Shown here: piece after piece, positions 42,906 to 52,906 of the stretch
Layout of the letters: every line of letters begins with the position of its first letter
Position numbering within the stretch: the first letter of the stretch is position 1
DNA from: Clostridia bacterium
Lineage (GTDB): Bacteria; Bacillota; Clostridia; Oscillospirales; CAG-272
Length of the DNA stretch: 64,000 nt
Assembly: GCA_017403155.1 (NCBI GenBank)
Contig: JAFQOP010000017.1
Coordinates: 17,023 to 81,022 of the forward strand
Direction: 5' to 3'
Made by a program: the position numbers and the translations under genes
The notes under the pieces: generated by a model
Seen by the model: the letters and a program-made list of their open reading frames with translations, nothing else
Told to the model about the DNA's origin: nothing
Databases searched by the model: none

Positions 42906-45623
42906 ATGACAAACTTCAGAATTGAATATAGCAATCCTTGGTTTTTGCTGCTGTTGATTCCCGCAGTTCTTCTGACACTGTGGCCCTATTTCAGATCGGC
43001 AAAAAAGTACCGTCGCACAAGGAACAGAATACTCTCGATGGCATTTCACCTTGTCGCGCTGGTGCTTGCGATAAACCTCCTCTCGGGAATTAAATTTTCC
43101 TACGAGGTACCCAACCTTGAAAACGAGGTTATCCTCCTCGTCGATTCCTCGGACAGCAACGGGGAGAAGAAGCAGGACAAGGACGATTTCATTGCCTCGG
43201 TGATAAACGTGTGCGACGATCAGTATCGCATAGGTATAGTAAAGTTCGGCTTCGACCAGAAGTACGTTGCACCCCTCACCGAGAACTCGTCGGAGGCGTT
43301 TGATAAGTATCTCACCTCCGAGGATCCCGACGTCACCGCTACCGACATAGCCTCGGCGCTGAAGTACGCGAGCACCCTTTTCACCAACCCAAAAAGTGCC
43401 AAGATCGTCCTCATATCCGACGGTATAGAGACCGACAGCGCGGCAGCCTCCGTTATCAAGGGCATCGTTTCCGACGGAATCAAGGTCGACACGGTTCATT
43501 TCCCGAACGAGGAGCACGATGAGCTCCAGATAGTCGACGTGCAGATTCCTACCCAGGAGATTGCAGTTGGTGAGGAGTTTGTGGTTGACCTTATTCTCAA
43601 GAGCAACCTCGGCACCGCAGAGCACATGATAAAGCTCACCGCCTATGACGGCGAGGAGGCGGTAGGTGAGGCAGAGGTTCCCGTCAAGGGGGAGGAGTCG
43701 AAGCTCCAGATAGCCCTCGCGCTTGAGAAGCGCGGACTTCATGAGCTTACCTTCAAGGTGGAAACCGAGGAGGATACTCTTACCGCCAACAATGAATACC
43801 ACACCTTTATTAACCTCGCGATATTCGAGAACATCCTTATAGTAGAGAGGACGGAGGGAGAGGGCAAGTCTCTTGCTGATTTCCTTGCTCCGACCTATAA
43901 GGTTGTAACAATGAGCCTTGACGAGGATGCTGAGGTAATTCCTCGCGCCGTCGAGGACTTCGTTGACTTTGAGCAGGTAATACTCGTTAACGTAGCATAC
44001 GGCGATATGCCCGCAGGCTTTGAGGAGTCTCTCAACGACTACGTATACAGGCTTGGCGGAGGTCTTCTCACCCTCGGCGGTGAGAACGATTCGGTAAACG
44101 GTGTTCCCGTTGCTCACGCATACAACAGAAACGATATAGCAAACTCCATTTACCTAAAGGATATGCTTCCCGTCCACGCAATTGATTACACGCCCCCTGT
44201 CGCAATTATGCTTGTTATAGATGCCTCCGCATCTATGAGCAGTGGCAGACTGGAGGCGGCAATCATGGGTGCCGAGGCGTGCCTCGGTTCTCTGCATGAC
44301 CGCGACTTCTGCGGCGTTATGTCCTTCCAGACCAGAGCACAGGAGGAGATTCAGGTGCTCCCCGTAACCGAGCGCGAGACGATACTTGAGGCAATAAGAA
44401 GCGTCGACGATGTAGACAGCGGTGCCCAGGGAGGTACAATTTTCTCCGATGCTATTATGAGAGCGGGCCACGCCCTCTCCGTCATTGAAAACGTTGAGAG
44501 AAAGCACATCATCATGGTAACCGACGGCAACCCCGGTGACTCCTACGAAACCTACCTGCCATACATCGAGGACAACAGGAGTGAACATATCACTATGTCC
44601 GTCATCGCTGTCGACGATATCGACAGCTCCCTGCGCGAGAAGATGCAGAAAACCGCTGACGCAGGCGGAGGAGCCTTCTACAGCCTCAAGGCAAACGAGT
44701 ATGACAAGATACCCGAGATTATGCAGGAGGACCTTGGCAACAATGCAATCGTAGAAATCTACGAGGAGGAATTCGTTCCCACAGTTAAGGATCGCACAAG
44801 CATCACAGCAGGCGTTGACCCCACCAAAATTCCCCCGCTTATGGGATATTACGGCACGGTGGCAAAGCAGGGAGCTACGGTAGCCCTTGCAGGCGAGTAC
44901 GTTCCCATCTATGCCGAGTGGCAGTACGGAAAGGGAACTGTCGGCAGCTTTATGAGCGATCTTACGGGTATATGGTCGAATGAATTCATCACATCCCCTG
45001 TCGGTCAGTCGATAGTTCACAACATTATAAACAGTGTGTTCCCGACGGAGGACGTCCGCATTGATAGCATCGAGTATGTTCTGAAGACCGACAACCTCAC
45101 CAACCAGCTTACCGTATACGGAGCTCTCGAGGGCGAGAATATAGAGGTTCAGGTCACACCCGTGTCAAATTCTCTAGCATCCAAGCTGGAGGAGGGTGTT
45201 GCAGTAAGCGTGGCAGAGGCGAACAGACGCTATAAGTTTGCCCTGAAGGACGCGGGCATCTATCGGATAAAGATAAAGAGAACCGATGCGACGGGCAAAG
45301 CCCTGCCCGACATAGTCTTTTACAAGGCGTTCTCCTACTCCGAGGAGTATAACGCATTCCCCGAGAGAGAGCCTCTTGGCAGGGAGCTTCTTTCCCTTAT
45401 CGCCAAGGACGGAAAGGGTATGGAGATCGATGATCCCGCAGGCGTGTTTGAGAACTTTGCCAAGACGCTGAAGAAGGAATTCGATCCCCGTGACATATTC
45501 CTCATAGTTTGTATCGTGAGCCTCCTTCTGGACGTCGCGGTACGTAAATTCAAGTTCAAGTGGCCCCACGAGCTCATCCGCGAGCATAAGCAGAAGAAGC
45601 TCGAGCGCTCACAGAATAGCTGA
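42906..45623 (+). CDS. BatA-like membrane protein with two vWA domains and C-terminal TM
   Basis: Double-TM N-terminus (WFLLLLIPAVLLTLWPYF .. MAFHLVALVLAINLL). MIDAS motifs are LLVDSSDSNG and MLVIDASASMS. The C-terminal helix is IFLIVCIVSLLLDVAV. Confidence 0.85.
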   Translation: MTNFRIEYSNPWFLLLLIPAVLLTLWPYFRSAKKYRRTRNRILSMAFHLVALVLAINLLSGIKFSYEVPNLENEVILLVDSSDSNGEKKQDKDDFIASVINVCDDQYRIGIVKFGFDQKYVAPLTENSSEAFDKYLTSEDPDVTATDIASALKYASTLFTNPKSAKIVLISDGIETDSAAASVIKGIVSDGIKVDTVHFPNEEHDELQIVDVQIPTQEIAVGEEFVVDLILKSNLGTAEHMIKLTAYDGEEAVGEAEVPVKGEESKLQIALALEKRGLHELTFKVETEEDTLTANNEYHTFINLAIFENILIVERTEGEGKSLADFLAPTYKVVTMSLDEDAEVIPRAVEDFVDFEQVILVNVAYGDMPAGFEESLNDYVYRLGGGLLTLGGENDSVNGVPVAHAYNRNDIANSIYLKDMLPVHAIDYTPPVAIMLVIDASASMSSGRLEAAIMGAEACLGSLHDRDFCGVMSFQTRAQEEIQVLPVTERETILEAIRSVDDVDSGAQGGTIFSDAIMRAGHALSVIENVERKHIIMVTDGNPGDSYETYLPYIEDNRSEHITMSVIAVDDIDSSLREKMQKTADAGGGAFYSLKANEYDKIPEIMQEDLGNNAIVEIYEEEFVPTVKDRTSITAGVDPTKIPPLMGYYGTVAKQGATVALAGEYVPIYAEWQYGKGTVGSFMSDLTGIWSNEFITSPVGQSIVHNIINSVFPTEDVRIDSIEYVLKTDNLTNQLTVYGALEGENIEVQVTPVSNSLASKLEEGVAVSVAEANRRYKFALKDAGIYRIKIKRTDATGKALPDIVFYKAFSYSEEYNAFPEREPLGRELLSLIAKDGKGMEIDDPAGVFENFAKTLKKEFDPRDIFLIVCIVSLLLDVAVRKFKFKWPHELIREHKQKKLERSQNS

Positions 45624-45649
45624 GACAGAAAAGCCGAAAGGAGCAGCAG

Positions 45650-48466
45650 ATGAAAATATTACGTTTTATATTTCCCATTGTTTTAATAATTTGTTGCTTG
45701 CTGGCAGTCTGCTCCTGTGAGCAGCTCCCCGTCCTGAGGACCCCCACCGGTGTCAAGATAGAGAACACCTCTCTCACCTTGAGCTGGAAGGAGGTCAAGG
45801 ATGCCCGTCTTTACACGATAAGCATCACAAAGGATGGCGAGGAGGAGCCAAAGGAATACGTAGCAAGCAAAACGACCTATTCGCTTGTCAACCTTGACGA
45901 GGGTGATTACACAATAAAGGTTAAGGCAAACGGCAGGGAAGAGGTCATAGAGGATTCGGATTGGTCCGACGAGATTCCCTTCACAAGGGAGCATGAGACG
46001 GGCTTGGTCTTTTCCCTCATAAATAACAAAACAGCCTATGAGATAACGGGCAAGGGAACCGCCACGGGCAATATAGTCATTCCCGACACATATCGCGGAC
46101 TTCCCGTAACCTCAATAGGCAAAAAGGCGTTCTTTAATAAGAGCGACGTCACGGGCATCACCTTCGGTGAGAACAGCAACGTCAAGAGCATAGGAGAGTT
46201 TGCCTTTGCCAACTGCTCATACCTCACCTCGTTGAATCTGCCCGCCGGGCTTGAGTCTATCGGTGCGAGTGCCTTCGCCAGCTGCCGACTTCTCGGTGGC
46301 GAGCTGGTTGTCCCCGGTGGAGTCAAGTCTATTCCCACCAACGCATTCGCCTTCTGCGCCCTGATAGAGAAGGTAACACTCTCCGAGGGCGTTGAAACGG
46401 TGGATAAGATGGCATTTACCGACTGCAAGAGCATCACCGAGCTGAAGCTGCCCGACAGCCTTATCTCGGTCGGTGAGTATGCCTTCTCGGTATGTGTGAA
46501 CCTTAACTCTCTTACCTTCGGTAAGAATATTTCAGAAATCGGCCCCTATGCCTTCTCGGGCTGCGCGGGGATAAGCAGCATCACTCTCCCCGACAGTCTC
46601 AAAAAGGTCGGAGAGGGAGCATTCTTTGAATGCGCGGAGCTCTCTGAGGTCGCTCTCGGCACGGGCGTCGAGGTGATTGACCTCGGTGCCTTCCACAGCA
46701 CGAAGATATGGGAGGCAAGCCCTGATGAAAACGAGGTATACGTAGGCAAGTGGCTTATCGGACTTAAGGATACTACCGCAAATGCGATAAGCTTCAGACC
46801 CGATACCTACGGTATTGCCAATTATGCCTTCCTCCGGAATACCTCGCTCTCCACGGTGAGAATCCCCGACAGCATTAAGATTATCGGCGAGGCGGCATTT
46901 GCGCAGTCAAAGATAAACACCTTCATCCTCGGCGCAGGCGTCGAGGTGATAGGAGACCAGACGTTTATTTCCTGCGAGAATCTTTCCAAGGTAATACTTG
47001 GCTCCTTCGACACTGTTACGGGCGGCATTGAGTTCAGCAGTCTTAGGTCGATAGGCTCCTATGCCTTCCAGGAGTGCAAGGCGCTTTCGGATATCGATAT
47101 CCCCGAGTCGGTTAAGGTCATCGGCTCTTATGCGTTCAAGAACACCGCCATTCATTCAAAGGACGGCGTCGTTTACGCGGGCGTCAGCATTTCGCCCGAG
47201 GGCGAAGCAATCTACGACGGCAGTTGGGTCGTCGGCTTCCTTGAGGACGTCGGGTCCTCGGTTAAGATAGAGAGCGGCACTGTCGGTGTAGCCAACTACG
47301 CATTCTATAAGTGCGACGTAATAACCTCCGCCAGCCTACCCTCCACTGTCAAGACCGTAGGGCGTGCAGCTTTTTACGACTGCTCGGGTCTTGCCTCGGT
47401 GACCCTCCCCGATACTCTTGAGGTAATCGAGGACTACACCTTCTACCGCTGCACAAGCCTCAAGCTCTTCAATCTTCCTCCCATTTTGAGGAAAATAGGT
47501 CGCTCCGCATTCTATAAGTGTGCGAGTGCCTCCTCGGTTAAGGATTCCGACACCGACGCCGACGTGCTTGTGATACCTCCCAGTGTTGAAGAGATAGGCG
47601 ATTTCGCCTTTTACTGCTGCACCTTCGAGGAAACTGTTGCCACCGACGTATACAGATACGGCGTCGACACCGTCATCATAGGCGACGGCGTCAGGAGCAT
47701 CGGTGCCAATGCCTTCTACGGATTCTCCTCTATCAAGAAGGTTGTGCTCGGCAACGGACTCCAGACCCTTGGCGAGAAGGCATTCTACAAGTGCGTGCTT
47801 CTCTCCGAGGTAGACTTCGGCACCTCCCTTACCAATATCGGTTTGAAGGCGTTCTATAAGTGCGAGGCGCTCACCTCCGTCACTCTTCCCGACAGCCTTG
47901 TCACTCTTTCCGATTATGCATTCTACAAGTGCACGGCGCTCACCTCCGTTAATCTCGGAGGAGGCCTTAGCTCGATTGGCGAGTTCGCCTTCTACGGCGA
48001 TTTGGAGATAAGCTATCTCTACCTGCCGACGAGCATTACCAAAATAGGTCGCCAGGCATTCAGAAACTGCGATAAGCTCACAAGCGTGATACTCGCAGAC
48101 AATATTCAAGCAATTGATAAGCACGCCTTCTACGGCTGCGATAACCTGACGGTATATACCGAGCTTTCCTCCATTCCCGAGGGCTGGGAAAAGCATTGGA
48201 ATTCCTCTTACCGCCCCGTTATATGGAACTGTACCCTCTCCGAGGATAAGGACTACGTGGTCTCTCTCGAGATAAAGGAGAAGGGCATAACGAACAAGAA
48301 CAATTCCAACGAGCTTTCCTCTCCCATAAAGCTGGGCTATGAGTTTGTCGGCTGGGGCTCCAACTCCTCCGCAACCGAGCCCTCCGTCACAATGGAAGAG
48401 ATCCACACTGCCGAGAAGGGCAGAAGACTCTTTGCTATCTGGAAAGAGGTTACCCCCGAGGAATGA
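45650..48466 (+). CDS. Probable lipoprotein: Fn3-like module + about 28 BspA-type LRRs + C-terminal Flg_new repeat
   Basis: Signal with CLLAVCSC. The Fn3-like module LTLSWKEVKDARLYTISI is paralogous to modules in the 2740-aa protein. The LRR array spans about 46070-48200. The C-terminus has GYEFVGWGSNSS..RLFAIWKE. Confidence 0.9.
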   Translation: MKILRFIFPIVLIICCLLAVCSCEQLPVLRTPTGVKIENTSLTLSWKEVKDARLYTISITKDGEEEPKEYVASKTTYSLVNLDEGDYTIKVKANGREEVIEDSDWSDEIPFTREHETGLVFSLINNKTAYEITGKGTATGNIVIPDTYRGLPVTSIGKKAFFNKSDVTGITFGENSNVKSIGEFAFANCSYLTSLNLPAGLESIGASAFASCRLLGGELVVPGGVKSIPTNAFAFCALIEKVTLSEGVETVDKMAFTDCKSITELKLPDSLISVGEYAFSVCVNLNSLTFGKNISEIGPYAFSGCAGISSITLPDSLKKVGEGAFFECAELSEVALGTGVEVIDLGAFHSTKIWEASPDENEVYVGKWLIGLKDTTANAISFRPDTYGIANYAFLRNTSLSTVRIPDSIKIIGEAAFAQSKINTFILGAGVEVIGDQTFISCENLSKVILGSFDTVTGGIEFSSLRSIGSYAFQECKALSDIDIPESVKVIGSYAFKNTAIHSKDGVVYAGVSISPEGEAIYDGSWVVGFLEDVGSSVKIESGTVGVANYAFYKCDVITSASLPSTVKTVGRAAFYDCSGLASVTLPDTLEVIEDYTFYRCTSLKLFNLPPILRKIGRSAFYKCASASSVKDSDTDADVLVIPPSVEEIGDFAFYCCTFEETVATDVYRYGVDTVIIGDGVRSIGANAFYGFSSIKKVVLGNGLQTLGEKAFYKCVLLSEVDFGTSLTNIGLKAFYKCEALTSVTLPDSLVTLSDYAFYKCTALTSVNLGGGLSSIGEFAFYGDLEISYLYLPTSITKIGRQAFRNCDKLTSVILADNIQAIDKHAFYGCDNLTVYTELSSIPEGWEKHWNSSYRPVIWNCTLSEDKDYVVSLEIKEKGITNKNNSNELSSPIKLGYEFVGWGSNSSATEPSVTMEEIHTAEKGRRLFAIWKEVTPEE

Positions 48467-48516
48467 TCGGGCAGGAAAATAGGTATAATTTATAACCAAT
48501 ATAGGAGCATCAATAA

Positions 48517-51500
48517 ATGAAAAGAATCAGTAAAATATTATTGCTGCTGGCACTCGTTGTCCTGACCGCCCTCGCGCTTGTCGCGTGCGGCGGCACCGAG
48601 ACGCTCTCCGTAAAGGAGGACAGAATGCCTCAGCTCGTCCACGTTCAGGGCGAGGAGCTTAACCTTGCCGACGGTGTTTTGATTTACAACGACGGCTCGG
48701 GCGACAGTGAGCTTGCTATGAACGCTGAGGGCGTTACCGTCAGCGGATACGACAAGAACACCCTTGGTGAGCAGACCGTAACAATCACCTACGGTGAAGC
48801 AACCACCACCGTCAAGATAACGGTAGTTCCCAGAATGACAGTTGACGGCTACACCGCTGACTACCTCGTCGGTGATGAGTTTGACACCGATGACGGAGTG
48901 CTTAAAATAACGAGAAACGACGGCAGCTCCTTCACAGTTATCCTCAAGAGCGATAAGGTGAAGATAGAGGGCTTCGATTCCTCCGCCGCAGGCACTCTTA
49001 ACCTCACAGCAAAGTATACGAACGGTGACACGGTATATACCTGCCCCTTCACTGCTACCGTCTATGCGGTAGACAGCGTGAGCTTCAAGGCACCCAACAA
49101 GACAGCCTATGACAGCCACGACGGCGAGCTTGACGTTTCGGGCGGCTACTTTACCCTGAGCGGCAAGAACGGTGCGCTCAAGAAGGACGTTCCTCTCGAT
49201 GCCGATATCGTACAGGGCTTTGATATCAGCGCCGTAAATGAGACCAACACCCCCATTTGGCAGACACTTACGGTTGAATACGGCGGCAAGACCCATTCGT
49301 ATAAGGTAGAGCTTACCTACACCGATATATCTCTGTTTAAAAAGAACGCTCAGCCCCTCCTCTCCCTCAACTGGGAGGTTCCCTCCGACGAGGAGCCCGA
49401 GCTTACCGAGGCGCAGGGCACCCTTGCACTCGCAATGATGGAGAAGTATCTCGATATGTCTCCCGCTGAGCGCACCTTCATCACCGATGAGGAAACTCTC
49501 GCGACAGCGCGCGCGGCTATGTCCTATGGCTTTGCCACCTGGGCAGACGAGATACAGAAGTACGACAACGCGTTTGCTATCGAGTACGGTGAGCTTGTAT
49601 TCAAGTGCGAGAGCCGCGAGGCTCTTGAGGCGGCAATCGAGGGGCTTGCAAACACCGATACCCCCATCTACACCTACAGCCCTATCCTTCTTCAGCTTAT
49701 GGAGACCTTTAAGGAAGAGCAGGTAAACACCGACTATCTCTTCTCCGACTATCCCGTAATCGACAACGAGACCTATGAGGCCCTTGTCACCGTCTTCGAG
49801 TTTATGCTCGACCTCGACACCGTTGCCGACAAGGTAGGCGAGGATTGGAGAGATGACATCTCCGTATATGCAACCGAGATTGAGGACGTATACGACGCTA
49901 TCGTAAACAGCGAGTTTTACAGCTATGAATTCGCTCAGTTCTTCTACTACGTTTCCATGTGGAGAACCGAGGACGATCTCTTCGACTTTCTCTACACCTA
50001 CTATTATGACGTAAAGGAAGATGTTGCTTCTATAATCAAAATAGCCAACATTCGTCTGCCCTCCGAGCTTGAGGAGGTTTTTGCATACGTCTATGAGGCG
50101 ATGAACCTGATGAGCTTTATCACCAATGATTATTACTTCTATCAGATTCCCGATACCACCGAGTTCTTCTACAGCTACTACATGGCGCAGAAGCTGTCCA
50201 ACGAAATCATCACCAGCGAGGACCCCAACGACGAAATGCTCCAGACACTCTTCTACGGTCTTCCCCTTAACAGCATGCTCGGTATAAGCGCAGAGGAGGG
50301 AATATACACCTTCAGCGACATACTCGAGTATATCAATACCTCCGAGGGCGGCTACTACTCGCTTTGCGGAGCGCTCCTTGATATCCCCGCGTTTGACGAG
50401 CTTATGAGCAAGTATCTCGACATTGTAGTCAAGGACCTTGATAGCGAGGAGTATATGCATTCCGAGGAGTACGTAACAGACGTAAAGGCTATGTTCGCTC
50501 TTTACACCGCTCTTACACCCTCCCAGCAGTTCAACTTCCTTGGCATTCTCAGCACTTATTACGTGAGGGGCTACGTTCCCATGGCGTTTGACAACGTCAC
50601 CGAGGGCTACTCCGAGCTTTCCACCGTCTTCGTAGACATGGTAAACGGTGTATATACCGATATGTTCACGACCGAGGCTGCAAAGAACGCATATCTTGAC
50701 CTTATCTTCGCAACCGAGATTTATGCACAGCGCTACCTCTACTCTTCTCTCAATACCGGAACGGAAAAGACCTGGCTCGAGGATTTCACTGCAAGAATCA
50801 ATGCGGTTACCGCGGCTCTTGGCACTATGGATGATGCCGACAAGGCAATCTTCACCGCCGAGCTCGGAGTCCTTTACACCACCTACAAGGGCATTCTTGA
50901 TAGCTATGGCACCACGGGCGACGTTGAGCTTGGTGATTGGGAGGACGACATCGCCGAGCTTGAGGAGGCAGTTCTTAATCTTGAGCTCGCTTACGCTATT
51001 CTCAGCGAAGGCGCTTCCTACTACGATTTGTTCTTTACGGCATATGAGAGAGTCACGGCAATCACCGACAGAATTCTCTCCGACCCGAACACTCCCTCCG
51101 AGATCAAGCACGCAATTATATACAGCGAGCTCTATTCCACCAGCTCTCTTGACAAGATGCTTGACCCCGACCTCGTCGTTGACCCCGAGGATGAGGTTTT
51201 CTGGAGCTACGACTACGTTATCAGCGTCTACCGCTCCATGTACGTAAACGCGTTGCTCACCCTTGGCGGTGGCACCAGCCTCTACGACTACTATCAGATG
51301 TACGGCTTTGATAAGTTTATGAATAAGTCCTATGACCTCATCTGGGCTTATATGGGATCACAGACGGATGACACCGACATCTTTGATAAGGCAGCAGGTC
51401 TTGACGTAATGACCGACTTTGCTGAGATGGACGTAAACGCGCAGATGATGTTCATACTCTACATAGAGGGTGAGAACGGATTCTACTACACAGCTATCAG

Positions 51501-51798
51501 CGAGTTCCTCGCAGAGGAATTCACAGCCAACACCGCAGCGGCAGGCGAGCTCCTCGTCGCTCTCGAGATGGAGGCAATCGGTTATAGGTATTACAGCTAT
51601 ATGCTCGAGAACGAGGCAGCAACCGAGGCAGAGGTCGAGGCAGCAGCCGAGTCTCTCCTCGAGGCATACGCCGCCCTTGAGACTGCCCTCGGAAATCTTT
51701 CTGACGACGAGGGAAAGGAATTCACCGACAACCTCGGTGACATCTATGAAATTTATAAGGCAATCGCCGAGAGCGTAACGCCTGCTCCCGTCGAGTAA
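48517..51798 (+). CDS. Orphan lipoprotein: three Ig-like modules + about 800-aa acidic, aromatic-rich helical region
   Basis: Lipobox LALVAC|GG. Ig-like segments end in TVTITYGEATTTVKITVV, LNLTAKYTNGDTVYTCPFTATVYAV and TLTVEYGGKTHSYKVELTY. I recognise no family motif in the remainder. Confidence 0.85.
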   Translation: MKRISKILLLLALVVLTALALVACGGTETLSVKEDRMPQLVHVQGEELNLADGVLIYNDGSGDSELAMNAEGVTVSGYDKNTLGEQTVTITYGEATTTVKITVVPRMTVDGYTADYLVGDEFDTDDGVLKITRNDGSSFTVILKSDKVKIEGFDSSAAGTLNLTAKYTNGDTVYTCPFTATVYAVDSVSFKAPNKTAYDSHDGELDVSGGYFTLSGKNGALKKDVPLDADIVQGFDISAVNETNTPIWQTLTVEYGGKTHSYKVELTYTDISLFKKNAQPLLSLNWEVPSDEEPELTEAQGTLALAMMEKYLDMSPAERTFITDEETLATARAAMSYGFATWADEIQKYDNAFAIEYGELVFKCESREALEAAIEGLANTDTPIYTYSPILLQLMETFKEEQVNTDYLFSDYPVIDNETYEALVTVFEFMLDLDTVADKVGEDWRDDISVYATEIEDVYDAIVNSEFYSYEFAQFFYYVSMWRTEDDLFDFLYTYYYDVKEDVASIIKIANIRLPSELEEVFAYVYEAMNLMSFITNDYYFYQIPDTTEFFYSYYMAQKLSNEIITSEDPNDEMLQTLFYGLPLNSMLGISAEEGIYTFSDILEYINTSEGGYYSLCGALLDIPAFDELMSKYLDIVVKDLDSEEYMHSEEYVTDVKAMFALYTALTPSQQFNFLGILSTYYVRGYVPMAFDNVTEGYSELSTVFVDMVNGVYTDMFTTEAAKNAYLDLIFATEIYAQRYLYSSLNTGTEKTWLEDFTARINAVTAALGTMDDADKAIFTAELGVLYTTYKGILDSYGTTGDVELGDWEDDIAELEEAVLNLELAYAILSEGASYYDLFFTAYERVTAITDRILSDPNTPSEIKHAIIYSELYSTSSLDKMLDPDLVVDPEDEVFWSYDYVISVYRSMYVNALLTLGGGTSLYDYYQMYGFDKFMNKSYDLIWAYMGSQTDDTDIFDKAAGLDVMTDFAEMDVNAQMMFILYIEGENGFYYTAISEFLAEEFTANTAAAGELLVALEMEAIGYRYYSYMLENEAATEAEVEAAAESLLEAYAALETALGNLSDDEGKEFTDNLGDIYEIYKAIAESVTPAPVE

Positions 51799-51810
51799 AA
51801 GGCAACAGCG

Positions 51811-52707
51811 ATGAGAAGATTCGGAATCTCCATTTACGGAGTATCAAGAAAAATCAGAAGCGGAGAGCTCACCCCCGTCGAGGCATTCCACAAAATATGT
51901 GATATGGGTGCCGAGGCGGTGGAGCTCGTGCCCTTCGGCTTCAATCTCGTCACCACCCCCTCCCTCAAGGCAGAGCTGCGCGCGGCAAGCGCCGAGCGCA
52001 GCGTCCCGATAGGGAACTACTCTCTCAACGCCAACTTCCTCATGCTCACCCCTGAGCGATATGAGGAAGAGATGGCGAGAGTAAAGTCGCACATCGATGC
52101 GGCATCGGATATGGAAATACCCACCGTCCGCGTTGACTCAGCGGCATACTCCCGTCCAAAGTCCGAGAACACAATGGAAAAGTTCCAGGCGGAGCTGCCA
52201 CTGATAGTCGAAACCTATGAGCGCCTGTGCGATTATGCCAAGCCTCTCGGCATCACTATTCTTCTCGAGAATCACGGCTTCCACGCCAACGGCTCCGAGC
52301 GCGTCCGCCAGATACTGACGAGCGTAAAGAGGGATAACTTCGCCCACCAGATGGACGTCGGCAACTACGTTTGCGTTGACGATATCCCCGAGATTGCCGC
52401 CAAGAAGATGATCGGCTTCGCCAAGACCATCCATATGAAGGATTTCTACCTCCGTCCCGCGCACCGCGACCCGGGCGACTCCGATGAATTCAACTGCGAG
52501 AGCTCCTGGTTCCGCTCGGTAAACGGCACCTTCCTCCGCGGCTCCATTCTCGCCCAGGGAGATATTGATATCTGGGACGTTATGCGCACGGTAAAGAGCT
52601 CCGACTTTGACGGAGATATCTACCTCGAGTATGAGGGCATGGAGGAATGCGAGTACGGCACCGCTGTCTCCTTTGCCAACATGAAGCGAATCTACAACGA
52701 GGTATAA
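51811..52707 (+). CDS. Sugar-phosphate isomerase/epimerase (xylose-isomerase-like TIM barrel)
   Basis: 298 aa. The pattern ILLENHGF, HMKDF and YLEYEG is typical of AP_endonuc_2 / xylose-isomerase-like TIM-barrel proteins. Confidence 0.8.
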   Translation: MRRFGISIYGVSRKIRSGELTPVEAFHKICDMGAEAVELVPFGFNLVTTPSLKAELRAASAERSVPIGNYSLNANFLMLTPERYEEEMARVKSHIDAASDMEIPTVRVDSAAYSRPKSENTMEKFQAELPLIVETYERLCDYAKPLGITILLENHGFHANGSERVRQILTSVKRDNFAHQMDVGNYVCVDDIPEIAAKKMIGFAKTIHMKDFYLRPAHRDPGDSDEFNCESSWFRSVNGTFLRGSILAQGDIDIWDVMRTVKSSDFDGDIYLEYEGMEECEYGTAVSFANMKRIYNEV

Positions 52708-52725
52708 TGAAGGGAGAGCATTATT

Positions 52726-52893
52726 ATGGCAAGATGCAAAAGCTGTAAATATTTCCGCACCGACAACGACTGCGACGGCCCATCCATTGAGTGGTGCGCC
52801 CTCGAAATAGTTGACACGGGTTACTACGTCTCCGACTATCCCGCCTGCGACCACTACGTCGAAGCCCCCGAGGAATATGACTGGGACGACTGA
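52726..52893 (+). CDS. Untracked 55-codon Cys-rich ORF (MARCKSCKYFRTDNDCDGPSIEWCALEIVDTGYYVSDYPACDHYVEAPEEYDWDD)
   Basis: I translated this by hand. It is below the 60-aa cutoff of the ORF track. An AAGGGAGAG SD ends 7 nt before the ATG. Codon usage (GC3-rich) matches neighbouring genes. It sits 18 nt after the preceding stop and immediately before the terminator. Confidence 0.5.
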   Translation: MARCKSCKYFRTDNDCDGPSIEWCALEIVDTGYYVSDYPACDHYVEAPEEYDWDD

Positions 52894-52906
52894 TATAAAT
52901 CAGAAC

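Noticed and set aside
13146-52893. Calling the 40-kb plus-strand cluster a mobile genomic island or prophage.
   Set aside because: I recognised no integrase, transposase, recombinase, tRNA target, flanking direct repeats or phage structural genes. Coding-region composition looks similar to the housekeeping part. Only the AT-rich seam at 12.6-13.1 kb hints at a junction.
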